From an uncultured Actinomycetota bacterium (GTDB lineage Bacteria; Actinomycetota; Actinomycetes; JACCUZ01): 64,000 nt of DNA. The position numbers were made by a program, and so were the translations under genes. The stretch lies in contig CAVYTH010000003.1 of assembly GCA_963771345.1 (NCBI GenBank), positions 53,495 through 117,494 of the forward strand, read 5' to 3'. Positions 51,486 through 62,800 of this stretch are shown here, piece after piece; the first letter of the stretch is position 1; the number at the start of each line of letters is the position of its first letter. Under the pieces are notes generated by a model. That model was not told the origin of the DNA. It searched no databases and worked only from the letters and a program-made list of their open reading frames with translations.

Positions 51486-52647
51486 CCGGAGGCGTCACCC
51501 TCGCCGACGCGATCGGCGTGCTCGACCGCCTCTACGACCCCCGGTGGGCGCAGGACTGGGACGCGGTCGGCCTGGTCACCGGTGACCCCGAGCAGCCGGT
51601 ACGCCGGGTGCTGCTCGCCGTCGACCCGGTGCAGGCCGTGATCGACGAGGCCGTCGCCTGGGGGGCCGACCTGCTGGTCACCCACCACCCGCTGCTGCTG
51701 CGCGGCGTGCACTCGGTGGCGACGACGCACCCGAAGGGCCGGGCGGTGACCGCGCTGGTCCGCGCGGGCGTCGCGCTGCACGTCGCGCACACCAACGCCG
51801 ACGTCGCGGACCCGGGGGTCTCCGACGCCCTTGCCGGCGCGCTGGGGCTGACCGATCTGGTGCCGCTGCGTGCCGTCGGCAGCCGACGCCCTCGACAAGC
51901 TCGTGACGTTCGTGCCCGAGGCCGACGCCGACCGGGTGGTCGACGCCCTGGCTGCGGCTGGCGCCGGCCGGCTCGGCGACTACGAGCGGTGCGCGTTCAC
52001 ATCGTCGGGGACCGGGACGTTCACGCCGCTGCCCGGCGCGAGCCCGTCGGTCGGGGACCGTGGGCAGCCGCGAGCAGGTGGCCGAGACCCGGATCGAGAT
52101 GGTGCTCGCCCGCGGCCGGCGTACCGCCGTGGTGGCTGCCCTGCGGTCGGCCCATCCCGTACGAGGAGCCCGCCTTCGACCTGGTCGAGCTGGTGCCGCT
52201 GCCGGGCGCCCGCGGCCTCGGCCGGGTGGGGCAGCTGGACGCCCGGCGGGACGCTCGCCGACCTCGCCGAGCACGTCGCGCGGGCGCTGCCCGCGACGCC
52301 GGTCGGCGTGCGGTTCGGCGGCGACCCGGACCAGCCGGTGCGGACCGTCGCGGTGTGCGGGGGAGCGGGCGACGACCTGTTCGACGCGGTGCGCGCGAGC
52401 CGGCGCCGACGCCTACGTCACCGCGGACCTGCGGCACCACCCGGCGTCCGAGGCGCTCGAGCACGGGGCGCCCGGCCTGGTCGACGTCAGCCACTGGGCC
52501 AGCGAGTGGCCCTGGCTGGCCGACTGCGAACGCCTGCTGCGCAGCGGGCTCGGCGACCGGGCGGATACGGTGGAGACGCGGGTGTCCCGGCTCGTCACCG
52601 ATCCGTGGTCCGCCCGCACCGCCGTCCCGAGCGAGGAGTCCCGCTGA
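51482..52647 (+). pseudogene. Nif3-like dinuclear metal-centre protein (YbgI/GTP cyclohydrolase 1 type 2 homologue), frame-disrupted as sequenced
   Basis: GTG 51482 overlaps the upstream stop (GTGA). Pieces: DWDAVGLVTGDP...ADLLVTHHPLLLRG...ALHVAHTNADVA / DKLVTFVPEADADRVVDALAAAGAGRLGDYERCAF / ETRIEMVLARG / YEEPAFDLVEL / VRTVAVCGGAGDDLF / DAYVTADLRHHPASEALE...SHWASEWPWL. At least 6 frame changes. Confidence 0.85.
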
Positions 52648-53392
52648 AAGCCCCCGCCTCCGACCAGCAGCGCCTGCTCGACGTGCAGGCGCTGGACACC
52701 CAGATCGACCAGCTCGCCCACCGGCGCCGCACGCTGCCCGAGCACGCCCTGCTGACCGAGCTCGACGAGCAGATCGGCGTGCTGCGCGACCAGCTGGTCG
52801 AGGCCGAGACCGAGCAGAGCGACCTCGGCCGCGAGCTGACCAAGGCCGAGGGCGACGTCGACCAGGTCCGGGCGCGCGCCGAGCGCGACCAGAAGCGGCT
52901 CGACGCCGGCCAGGTCTCCTCGCCCAAGGAGCTGGAGGGCCTGCAGCACGAGATCGCCACCCTGGCCAACCGCCAGGGCGACGCTCGAGGACGTCGTGCT
53001 CGAGATCATGGAGCGGCTGGAGTCGTCGCAGAGCCGCAGCGCCGAGCTCGACCGCCCAGCAGGACGGCCGCCCAGGCCCGGGTCGCCGAGCTGACGGCGT
53101 CGCCGCGACACCACCATCACCGAGCTCGACGCCGAGGTCGACGCAGCTGCAGGCCCAGCGGGCCAGCCAGGCCGGGTCGCTCGACGCGGCGATGGTCACG
53201 CTCTACGAGAAGATCCGCGAGCAGCAGGGCGGGGTCGGCGCGGCCGAGCTGCGGCAGCGCCGCTGCGGCGGCTGCCGGCTCGAGCTCAACAACGTCGAGA
53301 TCAACGACCTGCGCGACGCCGACCCCGACGAGGTCATGCGCTGCGAGGAGTGCCGGCGCATCCTGGTGCGCACCGCCGAGTCCGGGCTGTGA
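52644..53392 (+). pseudogene. C4-type zinc-ribbon / coiled-coil protein (COG1579-like), frame-disrupted as sequenced
   Basis: Pieces: KAPASDQQRLLDVQALDTQIDQLAHRRRTLPE...ELEGLQHEIATLANRQ (ORF 51870.. frame) / LEDVVLEIMERLE / MVTLYEKIREQQGGVGAAELRQRRCGGCRLELNNVEINDLRDADPDEVMRCEECRRILV (ORF 51206.. frame). The start is either CTG 52644 (CTGA overlap) or GTG 52605. Confidence 0.75.
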
Positions 53393-54549
53393 GCCGGTTC
53401 GTCGTCGAGGCCGACGGCGGGTCGCGGGGCAACCCGGGGCCGGCGGCGTACGGCACGGTCGTGAGGGACGCCGAGTCCGGCGACGGTGCTGCGCGAGCTG
53501 GCCGAGCACATCGGGACGGCGAGCAACAACGTCGCGGAGTACCGCGGGCTGATCGCCGGGCTGGAGGCGGTCCGCGAGCTCGACCCGGACGCGACGGTCG
53601 AGGCCCGGCTGGACTCCAAGCTCGTCGTCGAGCAGATGTCCGGCCGCTGGAAGATCAAGCACCCGGACATGCGCGGTGCTCGCGCTGCGGGCCCGCGACG
53701 CGCTGCCGCCGTCGCAGGTCACCTACACGTGGGTGCCGCGCGAGCAGAACAAGCACGCCGACCGGCTGGCCAACGAGGCGCTCGACGCCGCCGCCCGCGG
53801 CGAGGCGTGGTCGCCCGCCGACAGCACGGCCGAGCTGCGCGGCGCAGGACGCGGCCGCGGCGCAGGACGCCGGTCCCGGCCGGCGCCGAAGCGCGGCTGG
53901 TCGGGCTGGGACGGCGAGCTCGGTACGCCGACGACCACGCTGCTGCTGCGCCACGGCGAGACGCCGCACACCGCGGAGAAGCGGTTCAGCGGGTCCGGCG
54001 GCGACGGACCCGGAGCTGTCCGACGTGGGTCTGCGCCAGGCGGCCGCGGCGGCCGAGCGACTCGCGGCGCAGCGGCGGCGTCGACGCGGTCGTCGCCTCG
54101 CCGATGCGCCGGACCCGGCAGACGGCCGACGCGGTCGCCGACCGCGCTCGGTCTCGACGTGCGCGAGGTCGACGCGTTCCGCGAGTGCGCGTTCGGCGAG
54201 TGGGAGGGCCTGACGTTCGACGAGGTCCGGGAGGGCTGGCCGGACGCTGCTCGCACGCGTGGCTGGGCGACCCGACGGTCGCGCCGCCCGGCGGCGAGTC
54301 CTTCGACCGACGTACGCGGCGGGTGCTGCGCGCCCGGGACCAAGCTGCTGGCGCGCTACCCGCGGCAGACCGTGCTCGTCGTCGACCCACGTGACCCCGA
54401 TCAAGATGCTGGTGCGCGGACGCGCTGGGCGCACCGATGTCGGCGCTGTACCGGATGGAGCTCTCGCCGGCGTCGCTGACCGAGATGCAGTGGTACGCCG
54501 GCGGCCGGCGTCCCTGCGCCGCTTCAACGACGCCGCCCACCTCCCCTGA
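53389..54549 (+). pseudogene. Bifunctional RNase H / histidine-phosphatase (CobC-like) protein, frame-disrupted as sequenced
   Basis: GTG 53389 overlaps the upstream stop (GTGA). RNase H part: FVVEADGGSRGNPGPAAYG / SNNVAEYRGLIAGLE...LDSKLVVEQMSGRWKIKHPDM / WVPREQNKHADRLAN. Phosphatase part: LLLRHGETPHTAEKRFSG / ASPMRRTRQTA / ECAFGEWEGLTFDEV / VTPIKMLV / RFNDAAHLP*. There are many frame changes. Confidence 0.85.
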
Positions 54550-54587
54550 CCCGATCCCCGCCGCAGCCCAGCCTCCAGCCCCCAAGA

Positions 54588-55727
54588 TCAATGTTGCGCC
54601 GACACACCTTGGCGGCGCGATGTGTAGCCGCTACGGACATCGTCGGTGGGCTGGCCGGCGGGGCTGGGTGGCTGCCCCGGTCGAGCAGGGCCGGTCGAGC
54701 CGGCCGGTGCGCGGGAGAAGCGCGGTGCCGGTGCGGGCTGCACGACGCCGCCGTGCTCGACGAACGTGCCGCGCGCGGCGAGGTGCGGGTGCCGGGTCGC
54801 GTCGCCCAGGCCGAGCACCGGCGCGACGCACGCGTCGCTGCCGGCGAAGACCGCGGTCCACTCGTCGCGGGTGCGGGTCGCGAAGGCGTCGGCGATCCGG
54901 TGCGCGCAGCGCCGGCCAGGCCGGCGGGGTCGTTGCGGTCGGCGCGTCTGCGGGTCGATGCCGAGGCGGGTCAGCAGCTCGTCGAAGAACGCGGGCTCCA
55001 GCGCGCCGACCGCCATCCAGCCGCCGTCCGACGTCCGGTAGGTGCCGTAGAACGGGGCACCGCCGTCGAGCAGGTTGCTGCCGGGGCGGTCGTCCAGGCG
55101 CCCTCGGCCAGCAGGCCGTGGAACATCGTCGTGAGGTGGGCGGTGCTGTCGACCATGGCCGCGTCGACGACCTGGCCGGCGCCGCTGGCACGGGACTCGT
55201 GCAGCGCGGCGAGCAGGCCGACCACGAGGTAGGCGCGCTCCGGCGAAGTCGCCGAGCAGGTTCAGCGGCGGCTTCGGCGGGCCGTCGGCGGGGCGCTCGC
55301 GCCGAGGGCACCGGTGACGGCGACGTAGGTGATGTCGTGCCCGGCGGTGCCGGCATCCGGCCCGTCCTGGCCCCAGCCGGTCATCCGGCCGTAGACGAGG
55401 CGGGGGCTGCGGGCCAGGCACGCGTCGGGCCCGACACCCAGCCGCTCGGCGACACCGGGGCGCATGCCCTCGAGCGAGCAGGTCGGCGCGGGCGACCAGG
55501 TCGAGCACCCGGCGTACGTCGTCAGGGTCCTTGAGGTCGAGCGCCACCGACCGCTTGCCGCGGCCGAGGATGTCGCGCTCGGGCGGTACGACGGCAAGCG
55601 CCGGGCCGCCGGGACGGTCGACGCGTACGACGTCCGCGCCGAGGTCGGCCAGCAGCATTCCTGCGAACGGTGCCGCGCCGATGCCGGCGAGCTCGACGAC
55701 GCGCAGCCCGGCGAGCGGCCCGGTCAG
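54588..55727 (-). pseudogene. Family III CoA-transferase (CaiB/BaiF; alpha-methylacyl-CoA racemase-like), frame-disrupted as sequenced
   Basis: Pieces: [40 protein letters not shown]...[12 protein letters not shown] / [15 protein letters not shown]...[16 protein letters not shown] / GHDITYVA / LLDGGAPFYGTYRTSDGGWMAVGALEPAFF. The only in-frame start after the upstream stop is CTG 55727. Confidence 0.8.
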
Positions 55728-55730
55728 CCG

Positions 55731-56734
55731 TCACCGGGTGAGCTTGGGCAGCACGTCGCGGCCGAAGACCTCGATCCACTCGGCCTGGTTGCGCCCGACG
55801 TTGTGCAGGTAGACCCGGTCGAAGCCGAGGTCGACGAACTTCTGGATGTGCGCGCGGTGCACGTCGGGGTCGGAGCTGATGACCATCCGGCCCTCGAAGT
55901 CCTCGGGGCGGACCAGCGCGGCCATCGCGGCGAAGTCGTGCGGCGAGCGGATGTCGGCCTTGGCGAACTTCATGCCGCCGTTGGGCCACTCGGTCATCGC
56001 GTTGGCCAGCGCCTGCTCGTCGGTCTCGGCCCAGGACAGGTGCAGCTGCAGGACGCGCGGCATGGTGTCGGGGTCCTTGCCGGCCTCGCGCGCGCCCTCG
56101 GCGAACTTGTCGAACAGCCCGCCGATCTTCTCCAGCGGGGCGCCGACGGTGATGATGCCGTCGGCGTGCTTGCCGGTGCGCTTGGCGTTGATCGGGCCCG
56201 CGGTCGCGACGAGCACCGGCGGCGGCGTCTCGGGCATGGTCCAGAGCCGGGTCGTCTCCAGGGTGAAGAACCGGCCCTGGTGCTTGACGTCCTTGCCGGC
56301 GACCGAGGCGTCGAACAGCTTCTTGATGACCTCGATCGCCTCGAACATCCGCAGCGACCGCTCGCCGGCCTCCGGCCAGTAGCCGCCGATGACGTGCTCG
56401 TTCAGCGCCTCGCCGGCGCCGACGCCGAGCCAGTGCCGACCCGGGTACATCGCCTCGAGGGTGGCGCTGGCCTGCGCCACGACCGCGGGGTGGAAGCGGA
56501 ACGACGGGCAGGTGACGCCGGGGCCGAGGTCGCCGGTGGTGCGCTCGCCGATCGGCGGCGAGCACGTTCCAGACGAACGACGACTGCGCCCTGCTCCGGC
56601 ACCCACGGCTGGAAGTGGTCGGCCGCCATGCAGCCGGAGAAGCCGTGCTGCTCGGCGAGCGCGGTGAGCTCGACGGCCTCGCGCGGGTGGAACTGCTCGA
56701 GCATCGCCGCGTAGCCCACGGTCAGGTCTGCCAT
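55731..56734 (-). pseudogene. LLM-class F420-dependent oxidoreductase (G6PD-family-like), apparent frameshift near the N-terminus
   Basis: MADLTVGYAAMLEQFHPREAVELTALAEQHGFSGCMAADHFQPWVPEQG is in ORF 56402..56734. IGERTTGDLGPGVTCPSFRFHPAVVAQASATLEAMYPGRHWLGVGAGEALNE...SSDPDVHRAHIQKFVDLGFDRVYLHN is in ORF 55731..56606. The frame change is around 56560-56600. Confidence 0.8.
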
Positions 56735-56929
56735 GCGGACGAGCGTAGTGAGCGTCGGTCAGACCGGCTGGCAGGTGCCGTCCAAGCCGGCGTGCCAGCC
56801 GGTGCCGTCGTCAGTCAGGTAGGTCCCCGGCCACGAGTGCAGCGACGAGCGCCATGCCCCCGCGGCGCATCCCGATCCGGTCAGGGTGTCGGACCGGGTG
56901 CTGGGGCGACAGTGAGACAAGATCGAGAC

Positions 56930-57671
56930 ATGCGCGTCGCCGTCCTCTCCGACATCCACGGCAACCTGCCCGCCCTGGAGGCGGTGCTCGCCGAGCCGGA
57001 CGTGGCCGCCGCCGATCGCGTCGTGCTGCTGGGCGACATCGCGCTCGGTCCGTTGCCGGCGGAGTCGCTCGACCTGCTCGAGTCGCTGGGGGAGCGCGCG
57101 GTGTGGGTGCACGGCAACTGCGAGCGCGAGGTCATGACGGCGTACGACGGGAAGTCGTTGCCCGGTGCCGAACGCGGACGGCGCACGGGCCACCGCGGCG
57201 CTGCTGGAAGAGCGGCACCGGGACCTGCTCGACGGGCTGCCGCTGACGGTCTCCCTCGACGTGGACGGGCTCGGGTGCGCGCTGTTCTGCCATGCGACGC
57301 CGCGTCGGGACGACGAGATGGCGCTGGTCGACAGCCCGGTGGCTGTGTGGCAACGGGCGCTGGAGGGGGTGTCGGAAGGGCTGGTCGTCGTCGGGCACAC
57401 GCACATGCCGTTCGACCGGCTGGTCGACGGCCGCCGGGTGGTGAACCCGGGCAGCGTGGGCATGTCGTACGGCGCCGCGGGCGCGTGCTGGGCGCTGCTC
57501 GGTCCGACGGTCCAGCTGCGCCGCACGGCGTACGACGTCGAGGCTGCGGCTGCCCGCATCAGGGCCGGGAGCCATCCGGACGCGGCGGCGTGGGCCGCCG
57601 AGTACGTCCTCGCACCGCCGGGTGACGTCGAGGCGTTGGAGGTCTTCAGCAAGCTGGTCGACCCGCTCTAG
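56930..57671 (+). pseudogene. Metallophosphoesterase (MJ0936/YfcE-like), one apparent frameshift
   Basis: MRVAVLSDIHGNLPAL...VVLLGDIALGP...VWVHGNCE is in ORF 56615... LFCHATPRRDDE...VVVGHTHMPFDR...VNPGSVG is in ORF 57165..57671. The frame change is around 57160. Confidence 0.8.
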
Positions 57672-57773
57672 CGAGGCTCTTGATCGCTCGCGACCGTGCT
57701 GCAGATCCCTTGTGGATAAAGGGTTTCCGGTTGGTCGGGGTTGTGTCCGGCCCTGCTGGTTAGCGTTCGTGGC

Positions 57774-59197
57774 ATGACCACGGGGATGTCGATGCAGCTG
57801 GACGGCACGGTGATGCGCGCGCTGGCCGGTGGCTGGCCGCAGCTCGTGGCGTCGGTCGCCGACGGCGAGACAGGAACCGACCTGCGGTGGTGCCGCTGCT
57901 GGCCGACATCGACCCGCACGTGCTGTGACGCCGGACGCCGGGTCGACCTGATCCGGGCGTGGGAGCGGGTCCGGGCGATGGTGGACGGGCTGCAGCAGCG
58001 CGCGCTGTGCGCGGTCGTCGACGCCACCGAGGGGCGTGGGTTGGCCGAGGAGCAGGCCCGGCACGAGGTCGGGGCGGCGCTGCGGCTGTCCCCGCCCACC
58101 GCCGGGGAGCGGACCTGGGTCGCGACCGCGCTGGGCCGCCGGCTGCCCGGCCACCTGGCCGCGCTGGAGGCCGGGCGACATCTGCTATCTGCAGGCCGCG
58201 CACCTGGTCGCCGCGCTGTCCGCGAGCTCGACCGACGACGCCGCCAGCCGCCGTGGAGGCCCGGGTGCTGGGCCGGGCGCCGGAGCAGACCGTCGCCGAG
58301 TTCCGGCGCTCCGTGGCGCGGGCGGTGATCGCGGTCGACCCGGCCTCGGCCGCCGACCGGCACCAGAAGGCCGACCGCGGCCCGGACCATCGAGCGGATG
58401 CCGCAGCCCGACGGGATGGAGTCGTTCTGGGCCACCATGCCGGCCTCCGTCAGTCGGCGACCTGTGGGCCGCCCTGACCGCCGAGCGAAAGCCGAGCAGG
58501 CGGCTCGCGCCCAGGCCGGGCTGCCCGACCCCGGCCTCGACGCGCTGCGGCTCGACGTCCTGGTGCACGCCATGCTGCACAACGGCGGCGCCGACCCCGA
58601 CGACCCGCTGCTCACCAAGACCGACCGCCAGCCGACCCGACGCGGCAGACCGGCGCCCCGGCGCGCGGCACCGAGCGGCAGCCGGCCGCCGCCGGCAAGG
58701 CTGCCGAAGTGCTCGTGCGGCGGCGCGCAGACCGCGGCCGTGGTGATCGACCTGGCCACCCTGCTCGGGCTGGCCGACCACCCGGGTGAGATCCCCGGCT
58801 ACGGACCCATCCCCGCCCCATGGCCCGCGCGATGGCCGCCGACCGGGACTGGGTCCGGTGGACCATCGACCCCGTCACCGGCCAGCTGCTGGACCGCGGC
58901 GCCACCACCTACCGGCCCTCGGACAAGCTGCGCGCTTCGTCGCCGACCGCGACCGGGTCTGCGGCTTCCCCGGCTGCAACCGCCCAGCCGAACAGTGCGA
59001 CTGCGACCACATCGTCACCTTCGCCCACCACGGCCAGACCATCCGGGTCAACCTCGGCCCGCTCTGCCGCCAGCACCACAACGCCAAGACCCACGGCCTG
59101 CTGGAAACTCAGCTACGACCCCGACACCGGCATCAAGACCTGGACCAGCCCACTGGGCAAGACCTACACCAAGAGCACCGACCCACCCCTGACCTGA
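57774..59197 (+). pseudogene. DUF222-type HNH endonuclease (13E12-repeat-family-like), frame-disrupted as sequenced
   Basis: ATG 57774. The DUF222-like N-terminal half (RAWERVRAMVDGLQQRALCAVVDA..., ALEAG.ICYLQAAHLVAAL) is spread over ORFs 57741.., 58036.. and 58398... The HNH core RFVADRDRVCGFPGCNRPAEQCDCDHIVTFAHHGQTIRVNLGPLCRQHHNAKTHG is in ORF 58786... The end WKLSYDPDTGIKTWTSPLGKTYTKSTDPPLT* is in ORF 58820..59197. Confidence 0.8.
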
Positions 59198-59316
59198 GCC
59201 CGCGGCCAACGGAGTGGGCACACGGGGCGTAGGATGGCTGCGTGCCGATCGAGCTCGCTTCCCGAGAGTGTGATCAGCCAGGGCCGGTCGCTGCCGACCC
59301 GTCCTGACGCGACGCC

Positions 59317-59694
59317 TCAGCTGGCAGGGACGACGTCGTCGGTCATCAACGAACCGTCGTCGGCGACGACCAGGCGGCTGTAGCCACGACCGGCGGACCG
59401 GCTCGTGATCGTCGGCATCAGGCTGATCAGCTCGTAGCAGTCCCGGTCGGTGACCGCCGAGTCGAACGCCTCGGCGCACAGGTCGCCGATCGTGCTCGCC
59501 AGGACCTCCTCGCCCGGGTACCCGCCCTCGGGCAGGTTCCCGGCTGCCACGATCTGTCCGCGATGGGGCTCGGTGCACGGCACCGCGTCCATGCCCTCGA
59601 TCTCGTCGGCCAGCTCGTCGTACACGACGCAGTCGCCGGTCCGCCAGGCCGTGACGCCCAACGGTCCCGACTCGACGAGCCGGCCGTCGTCCAC
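59317..59694 (-). CDS. Septum-formation-family-like domain protein, possibly N-terminally truncated
   Basis: C-terminal 126 codons of ORF 59317..59829, starting at GTG 59694. Contains TGDCVVYDE...AVPCTEPHRGQIVAAGNLPEGGYPGEEVLASTIGDLCAEAFDS...DCYEL. The upstream part of the listed ORF overlaps the transporter gene and is not protein-like. Confidence 0.35.
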   Translation of the reverse strand: MDDGRLVESGPLGVTAWRTGDCVVYDELADEIEGMDAVPCTEPHRGQIVAAGNLPEGGYPGEEVLASTIGDLCAEAFDSAVTDRDCYELISLMPTITSRSAGRGYSRLVVADDGSLMTDDVVPAS

Positions 59695-59705
59695 GGCCCG
59701 GGAGC

Positions 59706-60861
59706 CTAGGTGGTCGCGATCAGAGCCAGCGTCGACGCGCCGAGGACGATCGGTACGACGAGCAGACCGAAGCCCGCGAACTGCCGGGCCGACACCTCCA
59801 GCCCGCGAGCCCGGCAGCGTTCGCGCCACAGCAGCGTCGCCAGCGACCCCCAGAGCAGCACCATCGGACCGATGTTCGTGCCGAGCAGCAACGCGAGCAG
59901 CCGTTCGTCACCGCCGCCGACGGCATGCGGCTCGAGCACGAGGTACGCCGGCAGGTTGTTGAGCAGGTTGCTGGTCAGCGGCACCCGCTCCGGCGACCTG
60001 AAGAAGGTCGGCGGCGCCGGTGCCGCTGCCCGCCAGCGCCGATGCGATGCGGTCGCCGCCGTGCCGCAGCACCGTCTCGACCACCAGCGCCAGGCCGAGC
60101 ACGAACACCGCGAGCCGCCACGGCACGAGCGAGAAGCGCAGAACGTCGCGCCGGCGTACGACGAACACGGCGGCGAGTGCGGCCGCTGCCACGGTCACCA
60201 CCACCGTCGGGTCGCCACCGAGCAGCAAGGCCGGCACCAGCCCGAGACAGGCCAGCGCCGAGGCCACCACCAGCACCGCGTCGCCGACCGCCGGGCGCGG
60301 CGGCACCGCGAACCGCACCCGCAGCAGGCGCCGGTAGCGCAGCCCGACCAGCAGCACCGTGAGCACCACCGACACGACCGTCGACGGCCACATCCGGGCC
60401 GCGAACTCATGAGGCTCCAGGTCCAGCGAGTCCAGCGCGAGCAGGTTGGTCAGGTTCGACACCGGCAGCAGCACGCTGGCCGTGTTCGCGAGCCAGACGG
60501 TGAGCAGGGCGAACGGCATCGGCGGCAGGTCGAGATGCACCGCGAGCGACAGCACCACCGGCGTGAGCAGGACGGCCGTCGTGTCGAGCCCGAGCAGCAC
60601 CGTGGTGGCGGTCGCCAGCGCCGCGACGAGCAGGAACAGCGCCCCGGTCCGGCCGCGCGCCAGCCGGGCGGACTCGACCGCGGCGATGTCGAAGATCTTC
60701 GCGACCTCGGCCAGCTCGGCGAGCACGGTGATGGACACCAGGAACAGCAGGATCGGCGCCATCCGCCGGGCCACGTCCTCGGCCGCGCCGAGCGGGAGCA
60801 GTCCGGTGATGAGGCAGCCGAGAGCAGCCACCGACCCCACCCGCCACATGGGGGCAACCAT
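59706..60861 (-). pseudogene. ArsB/NhaD-superfamily membrane transporter, one apparent frameshift
   Basis: ORF 59908..60861 is polytopic (TPVVLSLAVHLDLPPMPFALLTVWLANTASVLLPVSNLTNLLAL). The C-terminus LTSNLLNNLPAYLVL...LLLGTNIGPMVLLWGSLATLLW is in ORF 59706..59984. The frame change is around 59990. Confidence 0.7.
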
Positions 60862-60920
60862 GCCCGGCGGTCGCGGCTGCCACGCCGCGGGGTCGGCCGG
60901 GGGTTGCGTAGTCTGCCGGG

Positions 60921-62355
60921 ATGCCGCGTCGCCACCTCGCCCTGCGCGTCAAGGACGCGCCCGCCGGCCGTGAGCTCCGGGCCGGGTTCGCCCGGATCCG
61001 CGAGGAGCTCGGGCTCCCGACCGAGTTCCCGGCCGACGTGCTGGCCGAGGCAGAGCAGGCGGCGAAGAACCCCGACCTGCCGTCGTACGACCTGACCGAC
61101 CTGCCGTTCCTCACCATCGACCCGCCCGGCTCGACCGACCTGGACCAGGCGATGCACCTCGAGCGGCGCGACGGCGGCTACCGGGTCCGCTACGCCATCG
61201 CCGACGTCGGCGCCTTCGTCCGGCCCGGGGGAGCGATCGACGCGGAGGCGCACCGTCGCGGCGAGACGCTCTACAGCCCGGACACCCGCACCCCGCTGCA
61301 CCCGCCGGCGCTGTCCGAGGGCGCGGCCTCGCTGCTGCCCGACCAGGTCGCGCCGGCTGTCCTGTGGACCCTCGACCTGGACGCCGAGGGGGAGCAGACC
61401 GCTGTCGACGTACGACGGGCGATGGTGCGGTCGCGGGACCGGCTCGACTACGCCGGCGTCCAGCAGCTGGTCGACTCCGGACGGGCCGACGAGCGCCTGC
61501 AGCTGCTCGCGGAGGTCGGCAAGCTGCGGATGGCCCTCGAGGTCGAGCGCGGCGGCGTGAGCCTGCCCATCCCCGAGCAGGAGGTGGTGGAGAACGGCGG
61601 CACGTTCCGGTTGGAGTACCGCACGACGGTCCCGGTCGAGTCGTGGAACGAGCAGGTCTCGCTGCTGACCGGCATGGCGGCGGCCGACCTGATGCTGCAC
61701 GGCGAGGTCGGGGTGCTGCGCACCCTGCCGAAGGCGCCCGACGGCGCCCTCGACCGCCTCCGCCGCGCGGCCCACGCGCTCGGCGTCTCGTGGCCGGCCA
61801 ACCGGTCGTACGCCGAGGTCGTGCACGGCCTCGACCCCGCCAACTCGCGGCACGCGGCGCTGCTCGAGGAAGCCACCTCCCTGCTCCGCGGCGCGGGCTA
61901 CACGGCGTTCGACGGGGGAGTGCCGGAGCAGGCGACCCACGCGGCGGTCGCCGCGGAGTACGCGCACGCCACCGCGCCGCTGCGCCGGCTGGTCGACCGG
62001 TACGTCGGTGCGGTCTGCCTCGCGCTCTGCGCCGGCGAGGACGTGCCGGCGTGGGCCCTGTCGGCCCTGCCGCGGCTGCCGGAGGAGATGGCCGCCGCCG
62101 ACCGGCGGGCCCACGAGCTCGAGCGCGAGTGCGTGGCACTGATGGAGGCGGCCGCCCTGCACGGCCGCGAGGGCCAGGAGTTCGACGCGGTCGTGGTCGA
62201 GCTGGACGCCAAGCGCGGTGGCGGCACGGTGCAGCTCGTCGACCCGGCGGTGCGCGCGACCTGCGACGGCGCCCTGCCAGCTGGGCGAGCCCGTGCGGGT
62301 GCGGCTGGTCGAGGCAGACATCAACCGGAGGTCGGTGCGTTTCGCCGCGGTCTGA
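60921..62355 (+). pseudogene. RNB-domain exoribonuclease (RNase II/R family), one apparent frameshift near the 3' end
   Basis: ORF 60921..62543 contains FLTIDPPGSTDLDQAMHLE, YAIADVGAFV, GETLYSPDTRTPLHP and HATAPLRRLVDRYV. After about 62280 the sensible reading is LGEPVRVRLVEADINRRSVRFAAV*, ending at TGA 62353-62355. The listed frame otherwise runs into rnpB. Confidence 0.85.
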
Positions 62356-62379
62356 TCCTCGCTAGGCTGACGGCACGGC

Positions 62380-62762
62380 GGACGAGCCGGCCGGACGGCC
62401 GCGTCGGGACCTTCGGGTCTCGCCGAGGAAAGTCCGGGCTCCACAGGGCAGGGTGGTGGGTAACGCCCACCCGGGGTGACCCGCGGGAAAGTGCCACAGA
62501 GAGCAGACCGCCGTCGGACCGCCTTCGGGCAGCCCGGCGGTAAGGGTGAAACGGTGGTGTAAGAGACCACCAGCGCCCGGGGTGACCCGGGCGGCTAGGC
62601 AAACCCCACCCGGAGCAAGGTCAGACAGGGAGCGTTCGAGGGCGGCCCGCCCGAGCTCCCGGGTAGACCGCACGAGGCTGTCGGCAACGGCAGCCCTAGA
62701 TGGATGGCCGTCCGTGCACCCTCGGGTGCATGACAGAACCCGGCTTACAGGCCGACTCGTCC
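62380..62762 (+). ncRNA. rnpB: RNase P RNA, bacterial type A
   Basis: Hallmark conserved blocks: GAGGAAAGTCCGGGCTCCACAG, GGTAACGCC, GGGAAAGTGCCACAGA, GTAAGGGTGAAA, GGTGTAAGAGACCACC, GGCAAACCCCACC, AGCAAGG, CTAGATGGATGG, ACAGAACCCGGCTTAC. The P1 stem pairs ggacgagccggcc (62380-62392) with ggccgactcgtcc (62750-62762). Confidence 0.93.
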
Positions 62763-62800
62763 GCCGCCTGTGGCCCGACCGCCGAAACGGGAGAGACGAC

